This document shows positions 1-7,991 of a stretch of DNA of 64,000 nucleotides, piece by piece (position 1 is the stretch's first letter; each line of letters begins with the position of its first letter). The DNA is from a virus. Both the position numbers and the translations under genes were made by a program. Location: IMG/VR virus record IMGVR_UViG_3300027970_002011, positions 1 to 64,000 of that record; one strand, 5' to 3'. Below the pieces are notes generated by a model. It ran no database searches. It was not told where the DNA came from and saw only the letters and a program-made list of their open reading frames with translations.

Positions 1-902
1 GGATATTCTTTACTAACATAACTTGTTTTTTGATTTTGATAGTCAAAGAACTTATGTTCTAAAATCCTTGTGAATGGTGTATCACTGTCAGTATAATTAA
101 CCACGGGATGTCCTTGAAAACTGTGTGAAGTAATATGGACGTTCTCCCACCTCAAACTACGGTATTCTAATCTACCATGTTCGTAATCAAAAAACTTATC
201 AATTGGTCCTGTGTAGATTATCTTATCCGCAGCCTCTTCCCACATTCTTTTGTTTTCAAAGAAGTCTTGGTTCAAGAACACATCAACATTGTCCAATAAC
301 TTTTCAAATATCTGTGTGTACCCGCCAACAGGAATACCTTGGTATCTATCATTGAAGTAATTATTGTCCCATGTAAACCTTACAGGTATTCTTTTGATGA
401 TTGACGCAGGTAGTTCCGCACATTTCTTCCCCCATTGTTTCTCGGTATATCCCTTAATAAACTTCTCATATATGTCGGTACCAACCATAGACAAGGCTTG
501 TTGTTCTAAGTTAGTTACAGGACCCTTATACCTTTGTTCCTCTATCTTCGCCTTTGCTTGTTCTTCTGTCTTCACACCCCACAGTTGGTAGAATGTCCAC
601 ATATTAAATGGGAGGGTGTATAACTCTTCTTTGTAGTTTGCTATGGGTGAATTAACAAACTGTTTAAAATCTGCAAATTGATTTACCCAATCCCATATCT
701 TTTTACTGTCTGTATGAAAGATGTGTGCACCGTATCGGTGAACATGAATTCCGTCAACATCTTCGGTATAACAGTTACCCCCAATGTGACTTCTTTTATC
801 TATTACAAGTACTCTATGATTTTTACCCAACTCGTAGGCACAGGTTGCTCCGAAGAGTCCTGCGCCTACGATTAGGTAATCATATTTGCTATTCGAAATC
901 AA
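1..902 (-). CDS. glf: UDP-galactopyranose mutase (partial, runs off window start)
   Basis: Not in ORF track. Hand translation gives KYDYLIVGAGLFGATCAYELG...IDKRSHIGGNCY...VHRYGAHIFHT, the FAD-binding GxGxxG and YGAHIFHT motifs of Glf. Start is a TTG/GTG codon at 902-911, overlapping the upstream gene. Confidence 0.93.
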   Translation of the reverse strand, partial: MISNSKYDYLIVGAGLFGATCAYELGKNHRVLVIDKRSHIGGNCYTEDVDGIHVHRYGAHIFHTDSKKIWDWVNQFADFKQFVNSPIANYKEELYTLPFNMWTFYQLWGVKTEEQAKAKIEEQRYKGPVTNLEQQALSMVGTDIYEKFIKGYTEKQWGKKCAELPASIIKRIPVRFTWDNNYFNDRYQGIPVGGYTQIFEKLLDNVDVFLNQDFFENKRMWEEAADKIIYTGPIDKFFDYEHGRLEYRSLRWENVHITSHSFQGHPVVNYTDSDTPFTRILEHKFFDYQNQKTSYVSKEY

Positions 903-2052
903 ATTCAACACCGTCAGAACTTAATACTGGTTCCTCAATTCTACGTTTGAGTTTATCTGACCACTCTTGTAAGAAATTTGATGTGTTATGGTAACAACGG
1001 TCTTCAATCAAGAAACACATCTGAGGGAATGGATTCACTCTTTCTTGTCCCATCATAATTTGTAAGTATCCATAGATTTCATCGTATCTTCTTTGAGTTT
1101 CCAAGAAGAAACACAGGTAGAGTAAGTGTTCGTTTCTTATTGGAGCGAACGCCTCTGCCTGATGAAAACACTTTTCAGCTTTTTCCAAGTCACCAATTAC
1201 TTCCCAAGCCTGACCCATCAAGATAAATGCGAAGTAAGCCATCTCATCAATTCTTGCAGGTCTACCAGTAACATAATAGTTGTGAGAATACTCCATGAAC
1301 TTTTCGTAGTAGAAAATACATCTTCTAGCAAATTCTTTTGAGTGGTCTAAACCAAATGGAAGTTCGTCAGACTTACCCCAACAATCAGAGTATGATTTTG
1401 CAACATACCAAAGGTGATACAAATCTTCTTTAACGGTATTACCAACCACTTTGTCAATCTCAAGTTCCAACGCGTCTTTCAAGAACTTTCTTGGAACATT
1501 CCAAGTCTGTCCGTCACTGTGAACCACATGTCTGAATCCTTCAGGGAGAGTAACTCTAACAAACCCTTCACCGATTTCAGGTAAGTGGATTGTTTCGTGT
1601 CTTTTATCGTGTTGGAAGAACCATGGTCGGTCAGCATTCCACAACCAAGTTCGGTAGTATCTCATACCGTTTGCATGTGCAATTACGTTATAAGAATCCA
1701 CACTCAAGTCATCCAATACGGACCAATCAAAATCTTCATCAATCTCAAGAATCTCATCAGCGTCCATCCTCAAAATCCATTGACATCCGTGGTCTGTTTG
1801 GAGACATGTCTTCAAGGTATGGTCTCGGTTCCAACCTGGATATTGCCATTCAATCTCATAGAGTAAACCAGGGATTCCTTTTTCCGCAAAGAAGTTACGG
1901 ATAATGTCCTGAGTTCCGTCTTTTGAACCGTTATCTTGGATAACCCAATAGTCAATGTGTCTCCACACTGTTTCTAACATTCGGGTTATTGTTGGTGCCT
2001 CGTTGGCAACCATTGCGTTTAAACACAATTTAATTTTCTTGTTATTATTCAT
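889..2052 (-). CDS. Family 2 glycosyltransferase with C-terminal TPR-like region
   Basis: GT-A motifs LNAMVANE, IQDNGSKDGT, WNRD and LRMDADE; helical TPR-like tail (LMGQAWEVIGDLEKAEKCFHQA). Confidence 0.85.
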   Translation of the reverse strand: MNNNKKIKLCLNAMVANEAPTITRMLETVWRHIDYWVIQDNGSKDGTQDIIRNFFAEKGIPGLLYEIEWQYPGWNRDHTLKTCLQTDHGCQWILRMDADEILEIDEDFDWSVLDDLSVDSYNVIAHANGMRYYRTWLWNADRPWFFQHDKRHETIHLPEIGEGFVRVTLPEGFRHVVHSDGQTWNVPRKFLKDALELEIDKVVGNTVKEDLYHLWYVAKSYSDCWGKSDELPFGLDHSKEFARRCIFYYEKFMEYSHNYYVTGRPARIDEMAYFAFILMGQAWEVIGDLEKAEKCFHQAEAFAPIRNEHLLYLCFFLETQRRYDEIYGYLQIMMGQERVNPFPQMCFLIEDRCYHNTSNFLQEWSDKLKRRIEEPVLSSDGVEFDFE

Positions 2053-3292
2053 AGATGTAATTCATTACTTGTTCTTCATTATGATACTTTCTCACTCCCC
2101 CACGGTTTTGAAACTTCTGAGAGTGACCCAGTTCTTCATCCCAATTCCAATCTTCAAAACCCAACTCAATGATTCTCTCATGAATTCGTTTGTCATAGTG
2201 GTCTCGGATTAATCTTGCTCTACGATTGATGTCTGTCGCATTGTTATCAACCGTTGAATTTTTATTGTTATATTGGATGTATAACATTTTTTTGACGTGA
2301 ATCATTCGTGTATGTAGAAATGTATGAACAATAAGTTCAAAGTCATCAGCAACAGGTGTCAACTTGTTGTGTCCACCAATCTCATGATATAGTTTTCTCT
2401 CCCACATTCTTACATGGTTTGGCATTGATATGTTAAACCGTATGGACAATGGATTGATATCGGGGTACCAATGTGCCAATCTCTCCACACCATCAACCAT
2501 AACTTTGGTATGACCTGCATATCCAAAGTCAAAGTAATTGTCGTGTCTCGCATACCAATCACCTGACCAATCGTGGTCATAGTATTTGAATTCACCATCC
2601 TCGTAACACTCGGTCACGTCTGTGTATAGGAAACCAGCATCGGGGTATTGAAGGATGGCATCATGAGAGATTTGTAAACACTCTGAAGTTAATGCATCAT
2701 CATGGTCCAACTCAACCAACCAATCCCCATCACCAAGTGTTGCCGCTCTGTGTTTTGCCAAACCAACGTTACCACCTGTAATTGGATACAACTTGTGAGG
2801 TTTTACCCTGTAGTCCTTCTCAGCAATTTTCTTGAGGATATTCCACGTAACATCATCAGGGGAATCATCCAACACAATCCATTCCCAATTGGTGAATGTT
2901 TGTTTTTTCATACTCTCATAGGTTCTGTAAATCCTTTCGTTTGTCTTATACGTTGGAGTGAATACTGAGAACCGTGGACGTATGTATTCGGTGTTTCTGA
3001 AAACAGACTGACATACAATCACATTTGCCAAAACCATATCAGGTAACGGTTCATCATAATGAATGTGAAATCTCGTTAGATGAAAATGTGGTATTTCAAT
3101 GTTCTCATCAAAAGAAATAATTAGGTCAGGTTTATACTGTGTATAATCTTCAATGACTGTATTCTCATAGGGTAAAGAATAAATCACAACCTCATCATGA
3201 AGGTGTTCCTCCCAGTAAATGTCTGAATGTAATATAATCTCCCCCAAAGTGTGCCAACCGTAAACGATTGCCGATGGTTTTTTTGTTTGCAT
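2045..3292 (-). CDS. Family 2 glycosyltransferase with N-terminal extension
   Basis: FSVFTPTY, WEWIVLDDS, VELDHDD and ADDFEL motifs. Confidence 0.88.
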   Translation of the reverse strand: MQTKKPSAIVYGWHTLGEIILHSDIYWEEHLHDEVVIYSLPYENTVIEDYTQYKPDLIISFDENIEIPHFHLTRFHIHYDEPLPDMVLANVIVCQSVFRNTEYIRPRFSVFTPTYKTNERIYRTYESMKKQTFTNWEWIVLDDSPDDVTWNILKKIAEKDYRVKPHKLYPITGGNVGLAKHRAATLGDGDWLVELDHDDALTSECLQISHDAILQYPDAGFLYTDVTECYEDGEFKYYDHDWSGDWYARHDNYFDFGYAGHTKVMVDGVERLAHWYPDINPLSIRFNISMPNHVRMWERKLYHEIGGHNKLTPVADDFELIVHTFLHTRMIHVKKMLYIQYNNKNSTVDNNATDINRRARLIRDHYDKRIHERIIELGFEDWNWDEELGHSQKFQNRGGVRKYHNEEQVMNYIYE

Positions 3293-3359
3293 ACAATAAA
3301 ATTATAGGTAAACAACTCTACGAGTCAATTGAGTTTTTTCAAGAAAAATATTTATTTGA

Positions 3360-3440
3360 ATGTTACAGGAACTATTACCACTGATATTGGTTTTTCTACT
3401 CCTTGGGATGCTCAGTGTTGCAGTTCGTAATAAAAAATGA
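3360..3440 (+). CDS. 26-aa single-TM peptide MLQELLPLILVFLLLGMLSVAVRNKK
   Basis: Hand-translated; TATTTAT at 3349-3355 just upstream and a hairpin directly after the stop. Confidence 0.55.
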   Translation: MLQELLPLILVFLLLGMLSVAVRNKK

Positions 3441-3465
3441 AGGGTCTCCTTTTACAGAGACCCTT
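3440..3465. terminator. Hairpin between convergent genes
   Basis: aagggtctc / gagaccctt inverted repeat. Confidence 0.65.
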
Positions 3466-3470
3466 ACACT

Positions 3471-4214
3471 TTAGGACAACATTTCCAACATGATACTCCT
3501 GTCACCCTCCCACTTTTTGATTTGTGACCTTGGAATCCAAAACTCCATCAAACCAATCTCTTCCACTCTTTTGAGGTAGTCCTCACGGTATTGTTCCGCC
3601 TGAGACCTGTCGGTGATGTATGGGACCCTCATGTGTTTAGAACAAATCTTACCCATACCAGTCAACATTGAGAACTCATCAGTCAAAGTTTTAGCACAAC
3701 ACATACAAACCTTACTACGTTTTACCGTCATCTTACCTTGGAACTTCACAGCCTTTGGTGATATACCCAACATCTTGGTGATATCAATTAAGGTTGGGTT
3801 AAACTCAAGACCGTAAGTCTCTTTGAGTTGTTGACCAATCTTACGACCAATCAAGATAGTCTCACCAGGAGTCGGAATACGTAGTTTAAGAACCTTGTCT
3901 TTGTATTCCTCCTTGTCAATCTGAGCAATTGCTGCTGTGATTTGTTTGTCAGTCAAAGTTCCCCACTTTTGGAACTTCTCGGCGATGTCCTTTACGAACT
4001 TACTTTCCCCTGTGTATTCTACGATACGTTTGAGTTCGGGACGCTCATCTACAGTAATCTTGGTTGGTTGACTGTTAAGACATTTTTCTGCGGCTTCCAT
4101 TTGTTTTGGTGTTAAACGTCCCCATTGGTCAAGGGAATCTTTCATTTTGTTGATAAAACTGTTGTTTCCTTGGTAGTTACGAACTTTCTCGGTGATTTTG
4201 ATGGTGTCTGTCAT
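3471..4214 (-). CDS. Hypothetical protein with duplicated N-terminal repeat and DUF6011-like Zn finger
   Basis: Two YxG..F...WGxLTxKQ..AA units; CMCCAKTLTD...GMGKICSKH. Confidence 0.7.
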   Translation of the reverse strand: MTDTIKITEKVRNYQGNNSFINKMKDSLDQWGRLTPKQMEAAEKCLNSQPTKITVDERPELKRIVEYTGESKFVKDIAEKFQKWGTLTDKQITAAIAQIDKEEYKDKVLKLRIPTPGETILIGRKIGQQLKETYGLEFNPTLIDITKMLGISPKAVKFQGKMTVKRSKVCMCCAKTLTDEFSMLTGMGKICSKHMRVPYITDRSQAEQYREDYLKRVEEIGLMEFWIPRSQIKKWEGDRSIMLEMLS

Positions 4215-4234
4215 GGTGTTTGTTATTTGTTATA

Positions 4235-4265
4235 CAAAGATACAAATAAACTTCATCCCCACAAG
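4235..4265 (-). promoter_or_regulatory. Bacteroidota-type promoter
   Basis: TATCTTTG (4242-4235) with TTG about 19 nt upstream. Confidence 0.65.
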
Positions 4266-4278
4266 CAAAAAAGAAAAA

Positions 4279-4305
4279 AATCCCCTCTTTTTTTCAGAGG
4301 GGATT
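4279..4305 (-). terminator. Intrinsic terminator
   Basis: aatcccctct / agaggggatt stem followed by a U-run on the minus strand. Confidence 0.75.
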
Positions 4306-4312
4306 CTCACTC

Positions 4313-4780
4313 TTAGTTTTGAGTGAAGGCTTTGTCTGCCCAAGTTTTGGCTCCCATGAAATCCCAAATGTTCATATCACACATTTTGGGGTGAGAACTT
4401 CTCATATCACCAACTGTCATAACTTCCAAGAACCCTTTGTCAATACCGTTCCACTTACCACCTTTGGTAGTGAATACGTTGAACCAATGTCCACTTTCGC
4501 CCTTCACCTGAATGTTAATCAAAGCATCTTTCTTGTAACCAGCAATAACTGAGTGAGGAGTTCCTTTGGTGTCGTGGATAGTGATGAATCCTGCCTGACA
4601 TTTTCCTGCCACACGGAATTCGTATTCCTTGTCTGTGTCTTTAAGGAAGTTAGAGACCGTAACCGACAGACGTTTGCCGTCTATGATGGTGTCAAATGAG
4701 CCGTAGAATACGTCTCCTGACATTACGCCTTCAGTTACTTTGATGATTGATTTGGTCGGGGTAGAGATTGTGTTTGTCAT
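4313..4780 (-). CDS. Hypothetical early protein
   Basis: ORF track 4313..4816; start moved to ATG 4780 because the promoter lies at 4804-4834. Confidence 0.75.
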   Translation of the reverse strand: MTNTISTPTKSIIKVTEGVMSGDVFYGSFDTIIDGKRLSVTVSNFLKDTDKEYEFRVAGKCQAGFITIHDTKGTPHSVIAGYKKDALINIQVKGESGHWFNVFTTKGGKWNGIDKGFLEVMTVGDMRSSHPKMCDMNIWDFMGAKTWADKAFTQN

Positions 4781-4803
4781 AGTAGTGGTTGTTTTTAACA
4801 CTA

Positions 4804-4834
4804 CAAAGATACGCACAAAATCCGAACCGCCAAA
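4804..4834 (-). promoter_or_regulatory. Bacteroidota-type promoter TTTG-N19-TATCTTTG
   Basis: Exact -33/-7 consensus and spacing. Confidence 0.8.
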
Positions 4835-4842
4835 CTTTTTTT

Positions 4843-5148
4843 TTAAATTCTACAAGAACCGTCACAAGCTTGTCCAACGCCATCAATAAAACCCCTTCTC
4901 ATATCAACGTGTGTGTTTTTGGTATAACTTGTTTTTCTACCACAAATAACACAACTTTCATACTCATCATCAGAACGTTCTTCAATACCAACGACATGTC
5001 CGTAATCATCAGTAACTAACTTGACATGTTCGTCATAATTTTTCAAACGGTTATCACGCTCATTCCAATACTTTTCTCTAACGTATTTTCCGAGTTCCAA
5101 ATCATTTGGTCTTTCCAAAATTTCAAGGTTTGTAATTTTTATTTCCAT
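4843..5148 (-). CDS. Hypothetical protein with C-terminal CxxC...CxxxC Zn-binding motif
   Basis: CVICG...GQACDGSC; likely start at MEIKIT (5148). Confidence 0.65.
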   Translation of the reverse strand: MEIKITNLEILERPNDLELGKYVREKYWNERDNRLKNYDEHVKLVTDDYGHVVGIEERSDDEYESCVICGRKTSYTKNTHVDMRRGFIDGVGQACDGSCRI

Positions 5149-5230
5149 TTTTATTTTAATAATACATACCAAATATTGAAAAAAAATACTATCAATTCAC
5201 TTTTACTGTATTTATATTAAAAGTCAGACT

Positions 5231-6007
5231 GTGACCAACGAGAAAATTTATCAATACGTTTTGAAATACTCTTATGTGTTTGACCAAATACCAAACATAC
5301 TTGACCTTATTACCGTACAAATTAATAAATTGTGGGAATGGGAGTATGGTGGAAGATTTAGGAAATTTACAAATGATGATGATTCCAAATTTGCAATTAT
5401 GTTATTTCTACATAGAGAAGGATATTCTTATGACCAAATTATTAATAAAGTTAAAAATACTACCGCAATAATCCTTGGTTCCGAAAACGAAGCCCAAATT
5501 TCAGATACTTGTGATGAATGCGGTGGAGATGGTCGTTATGATTGCTCAATGTGTGATGGTAGTTCAACAGTTGAATGTGATGACTGTGATGGAACAGGAG
5601 AAGTGGATGGTGAGCCTTGCTCCTCGTGTCAGGGTGGAGGTGAACTTGATTGTGGTGAATGCGATGGAGATGGTTATAATCAATGTCATGAATGTGATGG
5701 AGACGGTGTAGTCGAAAACCCCGACAAAACTATGTTTACAACAATAACTTATCTAACCTTCAATCCTGTGATTGCCAACTATTTTAGAGAAAATTTAAAT
5801 GGTGTTGTTCCCGAAATTTCAAACTCAATTTACAATGACTTACATAAATTAGATGAAAGTGATTTTGAAGTTGAATTATTAAACGATTATAAAAAGGTGT
5901 CCAATTATGTTATTGAGGTAACTTCAGACCCTGAGGAATTAACTGAACTAATTTCGGACGCAACTGCCGAAATTGAAAAAAAATACTTATGGATTTTAAC
6001 GGCATAG
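5231..6007 (+). CDS. Protein with DnaJ-type cysteine-rich zinc finger (no J domain)
   Basis: Six CxxCxGx(G/S) repeats; TATTTATA at 5209-5216. Confidence 0.75.
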   Translation: MTNEKIYQYVLKYSYVFDQIPNILDLITVQINKLWEWEYGGRFRKFTNDDDSKFAIMLFLHREGYSYDQIINKVKNTTAIILGSENEAQISDTCDECGGDGRYDCSMCDGSSTVECDDCDGTGEVDGEPCSSCQGGGELDCGECDGDGYNQCHECDGDGVVENPDKTMFTTITYLTFNPVIANYFRENLNGVVPEISNSIYNDLHKLDESDFEVELLNDYKKVSNYVIEVTSDPEELTELISDATAEIEKKYLWILTA

Positions 6008-6519
6008 TAAAATTTTTAAAATCCCGCGGTGGATACCCTAACCCAAATATGAATTTATATTTGGAGATGTTTGACATGACTCAATCAGAATTTCTCATGT
6101 CTATGAACGAGTCTTTAGGTGAAGAAGGTACCAAAACATTATTAAATAAGTCAATCAAAAAATTAACTAAAGACGGACCATTTAGGTTTAATATTGATAG
6201 TTTAGAACCTGGGTCATACGTTGAGTTGGATTTTACAAATTCATCCGTTTATGTTGAAGAAATTAATGATGAAAGATATGTAACAGCCATAATAGAAAAT
6301 TGGGACATACCAAATTCAAATATAATCTACTCACATATAAATGACGATGGGGAAGAAGAGATAAAACATTTTGATATTGATGGTTTATTAGATTTTTTAT
6401 GGGATGAAAACCCGTACGACTACTCCGATGCATTAAATGAATGGATATCATTTCTTACAAAACAAATCAGTTCATATATGGGAATCCCAATAGGATTATC
6501 TGATAGAGTAAAAAAATAA
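5989..6519 (+). CDS. Hypothetical acidic protein
   Basis: 176-aa ORF overlapping the upstream gene and followed by a terminator. Confidence 0.7.
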   Translation: MDFNGIVKFLKSRGGYPNPNMNLYLEMFDMTQSEFLMSMNESLGEEGTKTLLNKSIKKLTKDGPFRFNIDSLEPGSYVELDFTNSSVYVEEINDERYVTAIIENWDIPNSNIIYSHINDDGEEEIKHFDIDGLLDFLWDENPYDYSDALNEWISFLTKQISSYMGIPIGLSDRVKK

Positions 6520-6520
6520 A

Positions 6521-6544
6521 AAAGGTCAGCCGAAACTGACCTTT
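6521..6544. terminator. Bidirectional intrinsic terminator
   Basis: aaaggtcag-ccgaaa-ctgaccttt flanked by A and T runs, between convergent genes. Confidence 0.8.
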
Positions 6545-6604
6545 TCTTTTGGGACTGACCGAATGACAGTCAATCACTCCACCACCTGACATTATGTCAG
6601 GAAA

Positions 6605-6898
6605 TTATTTGGTAACTAAAGCTTCCACCTTAGATTTCATATGTTCTGACAAACTAAGTTCACCAACTGTTGGTGTAACCAAGGAAGTCAAAACAATAGA
6701 GTCAACCAAATACTTGTAAGGAATGTGAACCAAGAAGTCGGTACCATTGAAGAAATCTAAATCTCCTTTGAGTTCCAAACAACCGTGAACCATTTTCAAA
6801 AATAACTTAAACTGAACACCATCAACAAAAGTTTCATTCAAGAGGGTTCCGAACTTCTCGTTCTCAATCCGAATATTGTATGTGAAATTTATTTTCAT
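6605..6898 (-). CDS. Hypothetical early protein
   Basis: 97-aa ORF directly downstream of a host-type promoter. Confidence 0.75.
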   Translation of the reverse strand: MKINFTYNIRIENEKFGTLLNETFVDGVQFKLFLKMVHGCLELKGDLDFFNGTDFLVHIPYKYLVDSIVLTSLVTPTVGELSLSEHMKSKVEALVTK

Positions 6899-6916
6899 AT
6901 CTGTTATTTAACACTA

Positions 6917-6948
6917 CAAATATAAAAAGAACTTTTCAATTCGTCAAA
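6917..6948 (-). promoter_or_regulatory. Bacteroidota-type promoter TTTG-N20-TATATTTG
   Basis: Consensus elements with correct spacing. Confidence 0.8.
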
Positions 6949-7006
6949 TCTTTTTTTAAAAAAATAGGGAACCTCGATTTTATGACCGTAGTCAACCCAT
7001 TCTTAG

Positions 7007-7079
7007 TTGCGATGCCTTGGAATCGAACCAAGCTATGTGGGCTTATGAGACCCATGGAACACCTTGCCCCCCGCCCGCC
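7007..7079 (-). tRNA. tRNA with CAT anticodon (Met or Ile2), atypical
   Basis: Anticodon arm TGGGT-CTCATAA-GCCCA; T arm CTTGG-TTCGATT-CCAAG; acceptor stem needs a bulge; no encoded CCA. Confidence 0.8.
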
Positions 7080-7082
7080 ATT

Positions 7083-7622
7083 TTATAACTTTAAATATCC
7101 GTGGTCAAACTCCCAATGATGGTTCGGACAAAGTCCTACTAAATTATCTTTTGAGTTTATTTCTGTTATCAAGGATTCATCACTGAACGAAGATACAGAT
7201 TTTATATGACAAACTTGAATGTGTTTATCATAACCACAAACTTTACAAGTTTTATCTCCTTTATTTTTTTCATACACATATTGCGCATGTTTTCTAATTT
7301 CGGCTCTAAACTTATAATAAATCCCTTTCTTTTCAAAAAACTTTTTTTTTGTAATTCCATTAAAGAAACTAAATCTTTCGGGTCTTACAATCTCTTTTTT
7401 TTCTTCTTTTTGTTTTTTCTCTCTTTCTAAATTATTAAACTTAGCAGAACAAGAACTATTACAAAAATATTTTTTTCTTACTTCAGAAACTTTTTGGTTA
7501 TCATTAACCCTTATTACCTCACCACAAGATTTACATATATTTGGTGATTGATAATAATCTTCTAATGATTTTTCTCTTCTTTTTTTATTTCCGATTTCAG
7601 CGGCTTTTTGGTATCTGTTCAT
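7083..7622 (-). CDS. HNH endonuclease (free-standing)
   Basis: CKVCG...VCHIK...NLVGLCPNHHWEFD; N-terminal CxxC...CxxxC; AT-rich. Confidence 0.88.
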   Translation of the reverse strand: MNRYQKAAEIGNKKRREKSLEDYYQSPNICKSCGEVIRVNDNQKVSEVRKKYFCNSSCSAKFNNLEREKKQKEEKKEIVRPERFSFFNGITKKKFFEKKGIYYKFRAEIRKHAQYVYEKNKGDKTCKVCGYDKHIQVCHIKSVSSFSDESLITEINSKDNLVGLCPNHHWEFDHGYLKL

Positions 7623-7694
7623 ATATTATAAATATCACAAATATACCGAAAAACCACCACACAACCAAAAAAATACCTCACAATATATTTTAAT

Positions 7695-7963
7695 GATTAC
7701 AATCCCACTTCCCCACGGTCACCTATCCACGTCATGCGCTGGTTGTACCAGCGGGTGTAATCAAATTTTTAAAGAGCTAAACAACATCCGATAAAAAATC
7801 CCACAACTTTCTATGTTTTCTCAAACACTCGTTGTGGGATTGTGAACCGAGGATTTAACTCCTCTTCTTCCGAGTGTCTCACAAAGATAAAACAATTTTT
7901 TCAAATTGTCAAAGGGGCTAAGTGAAACTTTTTTGTGGGGTGTCTCTACCTTTCGGTGGAGAT
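7695..7963 (-). ncRNA. Candidate multi-domain structured non-coding RNA
   Basis: ORF-free stretch with several perfect stems, alternative pairings and two upstream promoter motifs (see findings). Confidence 0.55.
7882..7913 (-). promoter_or_regulatory. Bacteroidota-type promoter TTTG-N20-TATCTTTG
   Basis: Consensus elements; followed by structured RNA rather than an ORF. Confidence 0.8.
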
Positions 7964-7991
7964 TATAAATATAGTTATACTATTGAAAAGT

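Noticed and set aside
364-2968. Short plus-strand ORFs over the glycosylation genes
   Set aside because: Antisense to well-supported genes and without motifs.
6551-6601. Twister ribozyme (GTGGAG and GTCCCAA words present)
   Set aside because: The UAA cleavage-site segment and the required pseudoknot pairings are missing.
6961-7006. Theta/HDV-like ribozyme at the tRNA 3' end
   Set aside because: I could not build the nested double pseudoknot; only a UACG hairpin and a weak outer stem are visible.
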